From a virus: a stretch of DNA of 64,000 nucleotides. Positions 21,057-30,835 of the stretch are shown here, piece by piece (position 1 is the stretch's first letter; each line of letters begins with the position of its first letter). The notes under the pieces are model-generated. The model searched no databases. It saw nothing but the letters and a program-made list of their open reading frames with translations, and was not told the DNA's origin. The stretch is from positions 27,581 through 91,580 of the IMG/VR virus record IMGVR_UViG_3300022927_001696; one strand, given 5' to 3'. A program made the translations under genes and the position numbers.

Positions 21057-23042
21057 ATGGCATATACAATTACAAATTCAGATAGTAGTGTTACAATAAC
21101 AGTTCAGGACACAACTGTCGATACAACCTATGCCTTAAAATTAATAGGTAGAAATGTATCAGGATACGGTCAGTACTTTGTAGAGAATACAGTACGACAA
21201 TTAGAAAATTTTGCAAGTACAGTTCAACCATCCGGTATAAAATTAGAAGGACAAATTTGGTACGACAAGGGTGAAAAAATTCTAAAAGTTTGGACTGGAA
21301 CTAACTGGAAAAGAGCAACAAATATTGTAATTGGTACATCTGAACCTACAAATTCTGTAGCAGGTGACGCCTGGTATAGAACAGATAACAAAAAATTATA
21401 TATTTACGATGGTTCAAATTTTGCTTTATCAGGTTATGCAGGTGAAATATCAGATGCATATAAAAACGATTCCACAGTAGGAAATCCAAATAATTACGGT
21501 ACAAAATTAAGAAACATCTATCTAACAGATAGTACAGGTAAAGCGAAACCAGTCTTAGCATTAACAATGGTTAACGATGGTTCTTTAAATGCTGGTACAA
21601 CTGTAACGCCAGATGGTAAAGAAACTATAATGGCAATATTCAGTGATCATCCGGAGTTTACTGCTAAAAACGATAACAGTATTTCAGAAGGGTCACAAAT
21701 AAATTATTACAATGAGTTAGTAAATTCAAGTGGTATAGGTACTACTATTAAACCAGGTCTTAATTTAAGAAGTGAGTATGCAGATACGGCTGTTGCACTT
21801 TCAGAAAGAGCATACAGATCAGATGCTTCATATAAATTAAATCTGGGAACACCTGGTACAGATGCAGGTAATATTGATGCAAGTTGGGTAGCATACAACA
21901 GAGTTGACTTTATACCTAATACAACAAACAGCATTCAATTAGGTAACGATCAAAAACATTTTGCAGGATTATACACAAATTTAATAAGAATAGGTGAAGG
22001 CGGAACAGCGGCCATAGAAGCAAATGGTACTATAAGTATTGGTAACAGCAGTAGCAGAGTAAATAAAATATGGTCACAAGATTTAGATGTTAGCGGAGAT
22101 ATAACATTTGGGTCAGGTGTGCAAAATATAGGTGCAAGTGGCACTCCAGTAGAGAATTTTTATACTGCGAATGCTGTAGTTAGTTCTTCTTTTACTGTTG
22201 GTAGCGGAGGTTCAGCATATACATTACCTTCATCAGACGGAACAACAGACTATGCTTTAATAACAAATGGTTCAGGCACAGTAAGTTTTGGACCAGTACC
22301 ATTGACAACAACACAAATGATTGCCGGTGCAGGTTTAACAGGTGGCGGTACTCTTGCAAGTGATAGAACATTTAATGTAGGCGCTGGTTCGTACATCACA
22401 GTAGCCGCAGATTCAGTAAGTGTTGACGGAACAGTACCAGCAACAGCAAGTAAAGTTGTTGTAAGGACAGGTTCAGGCGGAATTAATTCTGAAGGATTAG
22501 ATGCAGGTGCTGGAACAATAGAAACAACAGGAACAGTAAGAGGTGGTACTGTAACGGACGGAACATTAAGTATTTCTTCTGGAAGTATTACATCAGGTGC
22601 AACTGCAACATTCTCAGGTAATGTTGACGCCGCAAACTTTAACGGTGTAGCATCGTCGGCCAAATATGCTGACTTGGCTGAGATATATGAGGCAGATGCA
22701 GACTACGAGCCTGGTACAGTTGTTAAAATAGGCGGAGAAAAAGAAATTACACAAACATCAAGTCATGCAGATTTAGAAGTATTTGGTGTTATCAGTACAG
22801 ATCCTGCATATTTAATGAACAGTGATGCAAGTGGATTACCAGTAGCATTACAGGGTAGAGTACCAGTTAAAGTTGTAGGTAAAATTAAGAAAGGCGAAAG
22901 ATTAGTAGCAAGTGACGAACCAGGATATGCTTGGGGACTAGGATCAGACGAGTATGACCCAAGATCAATTATTGGTAGAGCATTACAAGATAAAGAAGAC
23001 GGCGGCTTGGGAATTATCGAAGCAGTCATAGGTATTAAATAG
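21057..23042 (+). CDS. Tail fibre protein with C-terminal peptidase G2-like intramolecular chaperone
   Basis: N-terminal LKLIGRNVSGYG...LENFA...GQIWYD anchor, Gly/Ser/Thr-rich shaft, C-terminal YADLAEIY...GVISTDPAYLMN...VALQGRVPVKV. Confidence 0.8.
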   Translation: MAYTITNSDSSVTITVQDTTVDTTYALKLIGRNVSGYGQYFVENTVRQLENFASTVQPSGIKLEGQIWYDKGEKILKVWTGTNWKRATNIVIGTSEPTNSVAGDAWYRTDNKKLYIYDGSNFALSGYAGEISDAYKNDSTVGNPNNYGTKLRNIYLTDSTGKAKPVLALTMVNDGSLNAGTTVTPDGKETIMAIFSDHPEFTAKNDNSISEGSQINYYNELVNSSGIGTTIKPGLNLRSEYADTAVALSERAYRSDASYKLNLGTPGTDAGNIDASWVAYNRVDFIPNTTNSIQLGNDQKHFAGLYTNLIRIGEGGTAAIEANGTISIGNSSSRVNKIWSQDLDVSGDITFGSGVQNIGASGTPVENFYTANAVVSSSFTVGSGGSAYTLPSSDGTTDYALITNGSGTVSFGPVPLTTTQMIAGAGLTGGGTLASDRTFNVGAGSYITVAADSVSVDGTVPATASKVVVRTGSGGINSEGLDAGAGTIETTGTVRGGTVTDGTLSISSGSITSGATATFSGNVDAANFNGVASSAKYADLAEIYEADADYEPGTVVKIGGEKEITQTSSHADLEVFGVISTDPAYLMNSDASGLPVALQGRVPVKVVGKIKKGERLVASDEPGYAWGLGSDEYDPRSIIGRALQDKEDGGLGIIEAVIGIK

Positions 23043-23049
23043 ATAAATA
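23042..23049 (+). promoter_or_regulatory. Late promoter (GATAAATA)
   Basis: TAAATA core followed by AGGAG (23062-23066) and ATG 23073. Confidence 0.6.
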
Positions 23050-23072
23050 CACTATATATTTAGGAGATTTAG

Positions 23073-24110
23073 ATGGCATCAGGATCAACAGTTTCACTAA
23101 CAGGCGGAACTAATATGACGCAAGTTGTATCAGGTGACGTTATAGACGACGCAGATTTCAATAATGCTAGAACCAATGTAAATAACATGCTAGGCAATGC
23201 TCAGGATGTAACATTAGGCACATATACAGCATCATCAACATACGGTTACACCCAGGGTGGTGTAGGTGTAAATGCCGCTAGTGCAGGTGGATTGGTATAC
23301 GCCGATAACGCCACAGGCGGTTTTAAAAGATTACAAGACGATGTACAGGCATTATGTGCATTCTTAGGCCAAACTGTTAGAAGTGGTGTTGGTAGTGATG
23401 TAACAAGTAGTACAACTATTACAGCATCTACATGGTCTAATTTAATGTTAAACATCAAAGATTGTTGGGATAACAGATTTTCACCAGCAAGTAGAACTCT
23501 ATCAACAATAGGCACAGTAACTAGAACAAGTGCATGGAGTTCAACATTAACACAAGAAACAACATATACATTTGCTAATGAACAAACTGCTAGAGGTTAT
23601 TTTAACGGTGGTGGAAGAATTGGTTTCAGTTCAAGTAGATCAGGCGGTAGTTCAACAACTCAAAATACTGACTGGACAAACTTATTAAGTGCGATGGGTT
23701 TTGTGTATATTACACATAATACGGCAGGTGGTGCTTCAGGTACTAATGCAGGTAAAGGATTTTACGAGTTAACTACATCATATCAAACACTATGGACAAA
23801 ATACGGTTCAGGTGCTTATGCAAGTAACTTCTTTAGAATGGACGGTAAAGTTAATTCAACAACTAACCCAACAGTTGTAACACTTAAAGCAACATATAGT
23901 GATCCATATACAGCGGCGGCGGCCGCGGCGGCAGATGGTGCTGTGGGTCCTGACGGTGTACCAAGTACAGGTGACGATGCTTCAGGATACACAGACAGCA
24001 TTGACGGAACACTAACACTTAATGCTAGAGCACAGGTACCAGATGCTAACGGTTCAGGATTTAGTTTTTCTGCTCCAACAGACAGTATGGGTGCTATAAG
24101 CGGTTCATAA
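23073..24110 (+). CDS. Virion structural/tail-associated protein (Ser/Thr/Gly-rich)
   Basis: Strong RBS and late promoter. Contains ARGYFNGGGRI and a 7-Ala run. Confidence 0.6.
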   Translation: MASGSTVSLTGGTNMTQVVSGDVIDDADFNNARTNVNNMLGNAQDVTLGTYTASSTYGYTQGGVGVNAASAGGLVYADNATGGFKRLQDDVQALCAFLGQTVRSGVGSDVTSSTTITASTWSNLMLNIKDCWDNRFSPASRTLSTIGTVTRTSAWSSTLTQETTYTFANEQTARGYFNGGGRIGFSSSRSGGSSTTQNTDWTNLLSAMGFVYITHNTAGGASGTNAGKGFYELTTSYQTLWTKYGSGAYASNFFRMDGKVNSTTNPTVVTLKATYSDPYTAAAAAAADGAVGPDGVPSTGDDASGYTDSIDGTLTLNARAQVPDANGSGFSFSAPTDSMGAISGS

Positions 24111-24127
24111 AATTAACAATATACAAG

Positions 24128-24150
24128 AAAAGGGCTATTGCCCTTTTTTT
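24128..24150 (+). terminator. Rho-independent terminator closing the virion module
   Basis: AAAAGGGC-TATT-GCCCTTTTTTT. Confidence 0.85.
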
Positions 24151-24155
24151 GTGAC

Positions 24156-24161
24156 TAAATA
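24156..24161 (+). promoter_or_regulatory. Late promoter core TAAATA
   Basis: Immediately after the terminator, 5 nt before ATG 24167. Confidence 0.65.
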
Positions 24162-24166
24162 TTAGC

Positions 24167-25402
24167 ATGTTAAATTACAAAATTACAGAGTTCTATATAG
24201 AACACTTACAGGGAGTTTTGGACGACCTTGTGCGTAATAATTATAATGAAGGAATAATTGAATTTAAAAATAAAAAAGTATTAATTCTTTACTTGGAAGA
24301 TCCTTTATTAGATAAAGCATTACAAACTTTTAAATTAATAAAAAAACATGATAATCTAGACGGTATAATATTATTTAATCCTTCAGAAGTAATAGACTTT
24401 GAAATAATAAAAGTATTTTATTTTTATTGTATAGATAATAAAATTAATCACATTGCTATACATGATCCTAGATTGAATGATGGTAATCAGATAAATTTTC
24501 CTTTTGCTGGAAGAAATGTATCCATGCCCGTAATACCAACAACAGTCCTAGGACTAATAATCAATACTAATATAAATCCAGATGTTATAGAAAATTTAGA
24601 TCTATCTAATACAGACTGGGAGGGCATTAACAAAAAATTACAGGAAAATAAATTAAGACATGATAGATATTACTATTATACAAAAGATAACTTCAAATCC
24701 GGTAGCGAAAGAAATGTTTTATTCACTTGTTATAATAGGCAACCAAGAGTAAATAGAGTTTTATTAATAAATGAAATTTGCAAACAGGATTTGCATGAAA
24801 AAGGTGTTATAAGTTGTGGGTATCATGATGCAAAATTTAAATATTATAAAGATTTAGTAGAAGAAAAATATGTAGACTTATTCCCCATGCAATTAGAAGA
24901 TAGTACGATATACACAAATCAAAGTATAAATGATGAAATATGTAACCAGTCTATAACTAATGAACAATTAAATTCTTTTATAAATGTTGTTTCAGAAAGT
25001 TCAAGTGATTGTAATATCTTACCTTTAGATAAGGACAGTTGGACAGCACCTTTTTTTACTGAAAAAACTGCAAAAGCATTTATTTGTCATAATATTCCAT
25101 TATTCTATGCAACAAGATTTTATGTAAAGAAATTAAGAGATTTAAATTTTGATGTTTTTGATGATTTTATAGATCACAGTTATGATACTGAAATAAACCC
25201 AATTAGAAGAGTGGAAAAACTCACAAATGAATTAAAACGACTATGCTCTTTGCCTAAATCAGAACTCGTCGATATAGTAGACGGGTTAGAACACAGAATG
25301 AAAAGCAACATGTTAAATCTTATACATTATATGAATGATATAGATATAGACAAATCCAAAGAATTTTTAAAATTTTTTGAGGGCGTAGCAAAAAATAAAT
25401 AG
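24167..25402 (+). CDS. Putative glycosyltransferase-like protein (GT10/fucosyltransferase-like C-terminus); paralog of 41026..42228
   Basis: FINVVSES...FTEKTAKAF...PLF...LNFDVFDDFIDHSYD motif shared with 41026..42228. Confidence 0.45.
   Translation: MLNYKITEFYIEHLQGVLDDLVRNNYNEGIIEFKNKKVLILYLEDPLLDKALQTFKLIKKHDNLDGIILFNPSEVIDFEIIKVFYFYCIDNKINHIAIHDPRLNDGNQINFPFAGRNVSMPVIPTTVLGLIINTNINPDVIENLDLSNTDWEGINKKLQENKLRHDRYYYYTKDNFKSGSERNVLFTCYNRQPRVNRVLLINEICKQDLHEKGVISCGYHDAKFKYYKDLVEEKYVDLFPMQLEDSTIYTNQSINDEICNQSITNEQLNSFINVVSESSSDCNILPLDKDSWTAPFFTEKTAKAFICHNIPLFYATRFYVKKLRDLNFDVFDDFIDHSYDTEINPIRRVEKLTNELKRLCSLPKSELVDIVDGLEHRMKSNMLNLIHYMNDIDIDKSKEFLKFFEGVAKNK
25396..25401 (+). promoter_or_regulatory. 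Late promoter core TAAATA
   Basis: 5 nt before ATG 25407; overlaps the upstream stop. Confidence 0.55.
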
Positions 25403-25406
25403 TTAT

Positions 25407-26036
25407 ATGGAACTATATTGGAAATTTGATATCCCTGCACAAAAATTGTCTGTAAATATAGATGACAATTTATCTTATCAGGCTCTTAAAGGCTGTCGTG
25501 AAGGAGTGATAAAAACTTATAACAGTAAGGAATCATTTATTTCTTATGAAGATTGGCAAACAGAAAAAGAATGGCTTTCTAAAAATTATTCTCATATTGT
25601 AGGTGAACTAAAGGAGCCAAGTTTAGAGGAAATGAATTCATATAGAGAAAGAATTTCTCACATAACAGATGATCCAGGTGAGCCCTCTCACGGAATATCT
25701 TTAGACGGCTGGGCATATGATCGAATGCAACGAAAATCTTTATGGTTGCAGAATGCTGAATGTTCTTTAATGGTAGAAATAGGCAGAATAGAAAATGTAG
25801 GTATTTTTGAAACACCAGACGGAACAAATGTTTATAAAAGACCGTGGTGTGAATACGAAAATACATATTATAATACTATGCCCTGTTGTGTCTTTCCGGA
25901 CAATCCTGGATGGCAAAAATCCAGTATACAAGAATTAGAAAAATATGATTTAGATATTAATCATGACTGGGTTAAAAGTAATTTAAATAATGTACAAAAA
26001 GATTTATTGAATTCTTTATTTGTTTTACCAGCATAA
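25407..26036 (+). CDS. Hypothetical protein
   Basis: 209-aa ORF in operon orientation. Confidence 0.6.
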   Translation: MELYWKFDIPAQKLSVNIDDNLSYQALKGCREGVIKTYNSKESFISYEDWQTEKEWLSKNYSHIVGELKEPSLEEMNSYRERISHITDDPGEPSHGISLDGWAYDRMQRKSLWLQNAECSLMVEIGRIENVGIFETPDGTNVYKRPWCEYENTYYNTMPCCVFPDNPGWQKSSIQELEKYDLDINHDWVKSNLNNVQKDLLNSLFVLPA

Positions 26037-26045
26037 CTTTGTAGG

Positions 26046-26051
26046 TAAATA
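26046..26051 (+). promoter_or_regulatory. Late promoter core TAAATA
   Basis: 5 nt before ATG 26057. Confidence 0.6.
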
Positions 26052-26056
26052 TAGAT

Positions 26057-26416
26057 ATGAGTACACATTTGAATAAAGCTCTTGAGTTTGCAAATTATCG
26101 AGTCACATTAAATAATCAGCATTCGCAACTTAAAGCAAAAACACAAAGTTTGTTAAGTTATAGTATAAATGGCGGAACATTTACTATAGATATACCCCTT
26201 ATCACATTTTGTAAACAACTATTAGATGACAAATATACTGATGTCATACTTTTAGATATTTACAATAATCCCATAAAAATAGATGTTAAAACGTTTTATG
26301 ATGAAATTCATAGTAGATATTTTGAAGTAACAAACGATTACTATGCTGAATATGAAAAACTTCGCAAAGCAAGAAAAGTTCATAAGGTTTTAGGTCTAAA
26401 TGAAAAAGGAGAATAG
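26057..26416 (+). CDS. Hypothetical phage protein
   Basis: ALEFANYRVTL...NGGTF...LLDIYNNPI; overlaps the downstream GT gene. Confidence 0.6.
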   Translation: MSTHLNKALEFANYRVTLNNQHSQLKAKTQSLLSYSINGGTFTIDIPLITFCKQLLDDKYTDVILLDIYNNPIKIDVKTFYDEIHSRYFEVTNDYYAEYEKLRKARKVHKVLGLNEKGE

Positions 26417-27299
26417 TAAAGGATTTTTAATGTTTGCTCATAATAATGAGGAAATAGACTATATGCAATTGGCTGTAATAAACTCTTTACTAATACAAAA
26501 GCATCTTAAAATAAAAAACATCACAGTTGTTACTGATCCTCACAGTTTAAAACATGCCGAAAAAACATTAGGCAAAAAACTTATTAAAAAAGCAATTAAT
26601 AATTTAGTTGTTGTAGAAAAAGATAAAAAATTTAAAGCAAAAAATATTAGACTGTATAAAGATACAAGTCATACTGCTAAATCCTTACCTTTTTATAATG
26701 TAAATAGATGTGACGCATATGATATATCACCATATGACGAAACAATTCTTATTGATGTAGACTATCTTATATTAAGCGATGTTCTTAATCAATGTTGGGG
26801 ACACAATAATGAGGTTATGATGAATTGGAAATTTCAGGACATAATGTATGAAAGAAAAGATCCTACATTAAATAGACTATACGATATGGGTATAACCATG
26901 TATTGGGCCACAGTGGTTTATTTTAGAAAAACAGATTATGTTAAGGATTTATTTGAGTGTGTAAAACATGTTAGAAATAATCAGCAATATTATAGAGATA
27001 TTTATAAATGGCCCGGTAATCTATATAGAAATGACTTCAGTTTTAGTATTGCCGCTCATATGATGTCTGGCTTTGTGGATAAAGGTATACCACAACTACC
27101 AACTACATTATATAAAAGTTTTGATACTGATAATATTCACAAAGCAGTAGATGATGAGACTATAATTATGCTTTTAGAAAAGCCAAAGAGCCCGGGAGAT
27201 TTTATGTTGACCAGATGGAAAGGTCTGGATTTGCATATAATGAATAAATGGGCTATAAATAGAGCAAGTAAGGAATTGTTAAGTTATGTCAGTGACTAA
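26400..27299 (+). CDS. GT-A fold (GT8-like) glycosyltransferase
   Basis: SPYDETILIDVD (DxD motif); paralog of 28299..29162. Confidence 0.7.
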   Translation: MKKENSKGFLMFAHNNEEIDYMQLAVINSLLIQKHLKIKNITVVTDPHSLKHAEKTLGKKLIKKAINNLVVVEKDKKFKAKNIRLYKDTSHTAKSLPFYNVNRCDAYDISPYDETILIDVDYLILSDVLNQCWGHNNEVMMNWKFQDIMYERKDPTLNRLYDMGITMYWATVVYFRKTDYVKDLFECVKHVRNNQQYYRDIYKWPGNLYRNDFSFSIAAHMMSGFVDKGIPQLPTTLYKSFDTDNIHKAVDDETIIMLLEKPKSPGDFMLTRWKGLDLHIMNKWAINRASKELLSYVSD

Positions 27300-27471
27300 A
27301 ATAAAATCTCCTTGTGTGGGCATTTGTAATTTAGATTTTTCTACACATACAGTTTGTCAAGGATGTGGGAGATCAGTAGATGATATAGCAAACTGGTCAG
27401 TATATACTGATGAAGAAAAAATATCAGCAATAGAATCAGCAACAGAAAGAATGAAAGAAATAAATGGGTAA
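27286..27471 (+). CDS. DUF1289-like small Cys-rich protein
   Basis: SPCVGIC...CQGCGRSVDDIANW signature. Confidence 0.75.
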   Translation: MSVTKIKSPCVGICNLDFSTHTVCQGCGRSVDDIANWSVYTDEEKISAIESATERMKEING

Positions 27472-27643
27472 AAAAAGACAACCAGAAATAGGAGACAAAA
27501 TAGAACATTTTTGTCGTTTGAACGGAGCATTTCAAGGTGAAGTAATAGAAATACTTGGTATGCAGTTTGTTTATAAAACAGGCGATGGTCTCGAAAGGCA
27601 TTGTCTGTTTAGAGAACAATGGAAATTTATAAATGAAAAATAG
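27464..27643 (+). CDS. Small hypothetical protein (59 aa, not in ORF track)
   Basis: MGKKRQPEIGDKIEHFCRLNG...WKFINEK*; fills the gap and overlaps both neighbours. Confidence 0.65.
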   Translation: MGKKRQPEIGDKIEHFCRLNGAFQGEVIEILGMQFVYKTGDGLERHCLFREQWKFINEK

Positions 27644-28079
27644 ATATTATATATTAGCCGGTGTACTGTACACATTGTTTATAGGCTTTACTGCGAGTGC
27701 AATCCAGTACAGACTTTCAATGGAGGAAATTAAAGAACGGTATCAGACAGAATATTGTGAAGTTGTATATGAATACACAGGTGAAGTAGGCGGAGAAGAT
27801 TGGGAAGAATTGATGACTCTTGCTATAGAAATGCAGGAAGAACGTGACGAGTTACAAGAAATAGTTGACGAAGGTATAGACAAGTACTACGAAGAAGAAT
27901 TTGGCGAAAGCCGTAATCAAAGTGATGCTGATGCATACATAAGTTTATTTATGAATTTGACTGATCCTATTAATTGGGTATTCACATTGATAATTGCTAC
28001 ATTCATAGCAAGTTTTTATCTAGCATTTTATAGTTGTAAACTTGCTATAGAAAGACATTTTAGGAAAGAAGATGACTAA
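27633..28079 (+). CDS. Membrane protein (2 predicted TM segments)
   Basis: Hydrophobic N- and C-terminal stretches flanking an acidic helical loop. Confidence 0.6.
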   Translation: MKNRYYILAGVLYTLFIGFTASAIQYRLSMEEIKERYQTEYCEVVYEYTGEVGGEDWEELMTLAIEMQEERDELQEIVDEGIDKYYEEEFGESRNQSDADAYISLFMNLTDPINWVFTLIIATFIASFYLAFYSCKLAIERHFRKEDD

Positions 28080-28302
28080 GAAATATATACACGTTAATCA
28101 ACACAAGATTAGAAGTAATTTAAAACACGGCACTAACGAGCCTGTGATTACAATTAAAGAAGGACGTAATAACACATACTGCCACGAAGTAGAAGTCAAA
28201 GGTCCCAGCAAAGTAATTTACGGCGTAGACGGTGAAAAAATACTTGCCTGTGGTGCAAGAGTAGTAATAGAAACAGAGAGTGATATAGAAATAGTACGAT
28301 GA
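28072..28302 (+). CDS. Hypothetical phage protein
   Basis: IHVNQHKIRSN...PVITIK...CGARVVIET pattern, as seen in phage small proteins. Confidence 0.6.
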   Translation: MTKKYIHVNQHKIRSNLKHGTNEPVITIKEGRNNTYCHEVEVKGPSKVIYGVDGEKILACGARVVIETESDIEIVR

Positions 28303-29162
28303 GTAGAGGTTATATAGTAATCGCACAGAATAACGAAACGACTGATTATTTAGAGCAGGCGTATGCACTCGCACTCAATTTAAAACTAACACAGACGGTT
28401 GTAAGCAATCTAACAGTATGTGTAGACACTGATACTAAGAAACTTTTAACGGCAAAACACAAAAAAGTCTTTGATAATATCGTAGATATTCCTTGGCAAG
28501 ATGATGCCGCAGATGCAGATTGGAAAATTAATAATAAATGGAAGTATTACTATATGACTCCGTACGATGAAACTGTAATACTAGACACAGATATGATATT
28601 CCCCACAGATGTAAGTTATTGGTGGGATATTATGTCACAACAGGACGTTTGGGCAACTACAAAAGTAAGAACTTATAGAGGAGAGGTTGTAACAAGTAAT
28701 TTTTATAGAAAATATTTTGTAGCAAATAACCTACCTAATGTATATACAGCATTTTTTTACTTTAAAAAATCAGATCTAGCAAGTGAGTTATTTGCTATGA
28801 TAGAAATAATTTTTCAACACTGGCAACGTATGTTTTACAAATATATGCCTAAAGGAAAACCAGATTGGTTGAGCGGTGATGTTGCATTCGCTCTAGCGAT
28901 GCAAATATTAGGTATAGAGGCAGAATGTACAAGAGAAAATATAGACGAAGTACCAACATTTATACATATGAAAAGTCATGTGCAAAATATACCTGATACA
29001 AGAATAAGCGAATTATGGACTGAAACACTCCCTACTTATTATAACTCATATAAAAATTTTAAAATAGGTAACTTCCAGCAACAATATCCTTTTCATTATG
29101 TAGAAAAAAATTGGATGGATAAAAATAAAATTAAACAAATGGAAAAAGAATTACTAGCATAG
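28299..29162 (+). CDS. GT-A fold (GT8-like) glycosyltransferase
   Basis: TPYDETVILDTD (DxD motif); paralog of 26400..27299. Confidence 0.7.
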   Translation: MSRGYIVIAQNNETTDYLEQAYALALNLKLTQTVVSNLTVCVDTDTKKLLTAKHKKVFDNIVDIPWQDDAADADWKINNKWKYYYMTPYDETVILDTDMIFPTDVSYWWDIMSQQDVWATTKVRTYRGEVVTSNFYRKYFVANNLPNVYTAFFYFKKSDLASELFAMIEIIFQHWQRMFYKYMPKGKPDWLSGDVAFALAMQILGIEAECTRENIDEVPTFIHMKSHVQNIPDTRISELWTETLPTYYNSYKNFKIGNFQQQYPFHYVEKNWMDKNKIKQMEKELLA

Positions 29163-29170
29163 GAGAATTT

Positions 29171-29815
29171 ATGACAACATCATTAGCAGAAAAAAGACGT
29201 AAATTATTTTTGAAGGAAAAAGAAAAACATGAAGATGTAAATGCCCTTATAAGGAATAATATAGAAAAAGATGTAGATGTATATTTTAATGATAACGGAG
29301 ATATTTTACAAATAGGCCATGGTAAAAGAAGAAAAAACAAAAAAGAATTAAAAATTACAATGAAGAGAGAACAAGTAAATATCTTAGAGGGGAAAAATTG
29401 GAACCTATATAAAATAGAAAAAGACCCTATAGAAGATAATGTTTTTTCTATTCAACTAAGACCAACAGAAAATTTATTTGTTAAAAGTGAAGAAGAGTTT
29501 TTGCAAAAAATAGAAACTGGAAACAAAAGAGATTCAGAAATAATTATCACTATAAAAGAATACTATGTAAGAATTGAGATGTCTAAAAAGGCTAAAAATA
29601 TTTTTAAAGGCAAAGAAAACGTTTCCATAAAAGGTTCTAAAGTCTTAAAATTCTATTTTACAGCAGAAAATGATCCTCATTATATGATACATGGTATAAA
29701 TGTTTTCTTAAAAGATTTAATAAAAGAAGAAGCAGTAGAGGTTAAAACACCTTTGGATGTTACTCACTGTGATGTGTATACCTATAAATTATTTGATAAA
29801 TATGTGCGTACTTAA
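29171..29815 (+). CDS. Hypothetical protein
   Basis: AGGAG RBS at 29161; Lys/Glu-rich ORF. Confidence 0.6.
   Translation: MTTSLAEKRRKLFLKEKEKHEDVNALIRNNIEKDVDVYFNDNGDILQIGHGKRRKNKKELKITMKREQVNILEGKNWNLYKIEKDPIEDNVFSIQLRPTENLFVKSEEEFLQKIETGNKRDSEIIITIKEYYVRIEMSKKAKNIFKGKENVSIKGSKVLKFYFTAENDPHYMIHGINVFLKDLIKEEAVEVKTPLDVTHCDVYTYKLFDKYVRT
29794..29802 (+). promoter_or_regulatory. Late promoter (TGATAAATA)
   Basis: Upstream of AGGA and ATG 29837. Confidence 0.5.
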
Positions 29816-29836
29816 AAAATACACAGGACGACACAT

Positions 29837-30835
29837 ATGGCAAAAATTGATGTTACAGAACTAGATATATTCTATATTTCTTACGATGAACCTAATGCAG
29901 AAGAGCATTGGGCTGATTTATTAAACAAAGTACCGTGGGCAAAACGTGTTCATGGAGTTACAGGCTTTGACGCCGCTCATAAGGCATGTGCAGAACAATC
30001 TGAAACAGACCGTTTTATCACAGTAGATGGTGATAATATAGTTATGCCTGATTTCTTTGAGCAGGTATTGGATGTACCTGATACTGACCATGACGGTAAT
30101 GACATCAGCCAAAGTATATTCAGTTGGAATGCTAAAAATATATTAAACGGTTTAGTATATGGTAATGGCGGACTTAAATGTTGGCCTAAGCAATATGCAT
30201 TAGATATGAAAACACACGAAGATGCAGATGATGATGAAGGCATGGAATTTTGCTGGAAACTTAACTACATACAACTAAACGATACATTCTCAGAAGTACA
30301 TCAGACTGCTTCTCCCTTCCAGGCATTTAGAGCAGGTTTTAGGGAAGGAGTAAAGATGAGCCTAGATCAAGGTTTAAGAGTTAGACCAGATGAATTTATA
30401 CAAAAAATTTGGTATGGCAACTATAATAGATTGCAAACTTGGTGTAACATTGGCAGTGATGTTGAGAACGGACTATGGGCAATATATGGTGCAAGACTAG
30501 GATGTGATATGACGGTATTAAGTGATTGGGACACTAATCTTATTTCAGACTACGATTGGTTTAAAGATTTTTTTAAGAATGACATAATTCCTCGTTTCCC
30601 TGGTGATACTATTTGTAACAATACCAAAGTCTCTTACAACTCAGAAATGTTATATATTGCTATACAAGATTTAGGAGTAAAACTAAATGAAAACATAAAT
30701 GAGATGATGCTATTTGATCCAAACGAACAAATGTGTAAATTTTTTAAAAAAACTTTTGTCAATCCTAGACGATGGGGTGTTATGATAAGAGAAAAACAAA
30801 TACAAGATTTATTAGAAAAAGGATTAATTAAATGA
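29837..30835 (+). CDS. GT-A-like glycosyltransferase
   Basis: DIFYISYDEPNA...AAHKACA...FITVDGD (DxD); homologous to the last domain of 48372..52214. Confidence 0.6.
   Translation: MAKIDVTELDIFYISYDEPNAEEHWADLLNKVPWAKRVHGVTGFDAAHKACAEQSETDRFITVDGDNIVMPDFFEQVLDVPDTDHDGNDISQSIFSWNAKNILNGLVYGNGGLKCWPKQYALDMKTHEDADDDEGMEFCWKLNYIQLNDTFSEVHQTASPFQAFRAGFREGVKMSLDQGLRVRPDEFIQKIWYGNYNRLQTWCNIGSDVENGLWAIYGARLGCDMTVLSDWDTNLISDYDWFKDFFKNDIIPRFPGDTICNNTKVSYNSEMLYIAIQDLGVKLNENINEMMLFDPNEQMCKFFKKTFVNPRRWGVMIREKQIQDLLEKGLIK

Noticed and set aside
23913-23933. GC-rich (GCG)n poly-Ala run as a microsatellite or foreign insert
   Set aside because: It is in frame, and its codon choice is explained by the window-wide GCWGC avoidance.
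2706-24001. Many minus-strand ORFs (60-146 aa) within the structural genes
   Set aside because: Antisense shadows of long genes with biased codon usage; no RBS or recognisable motifs.
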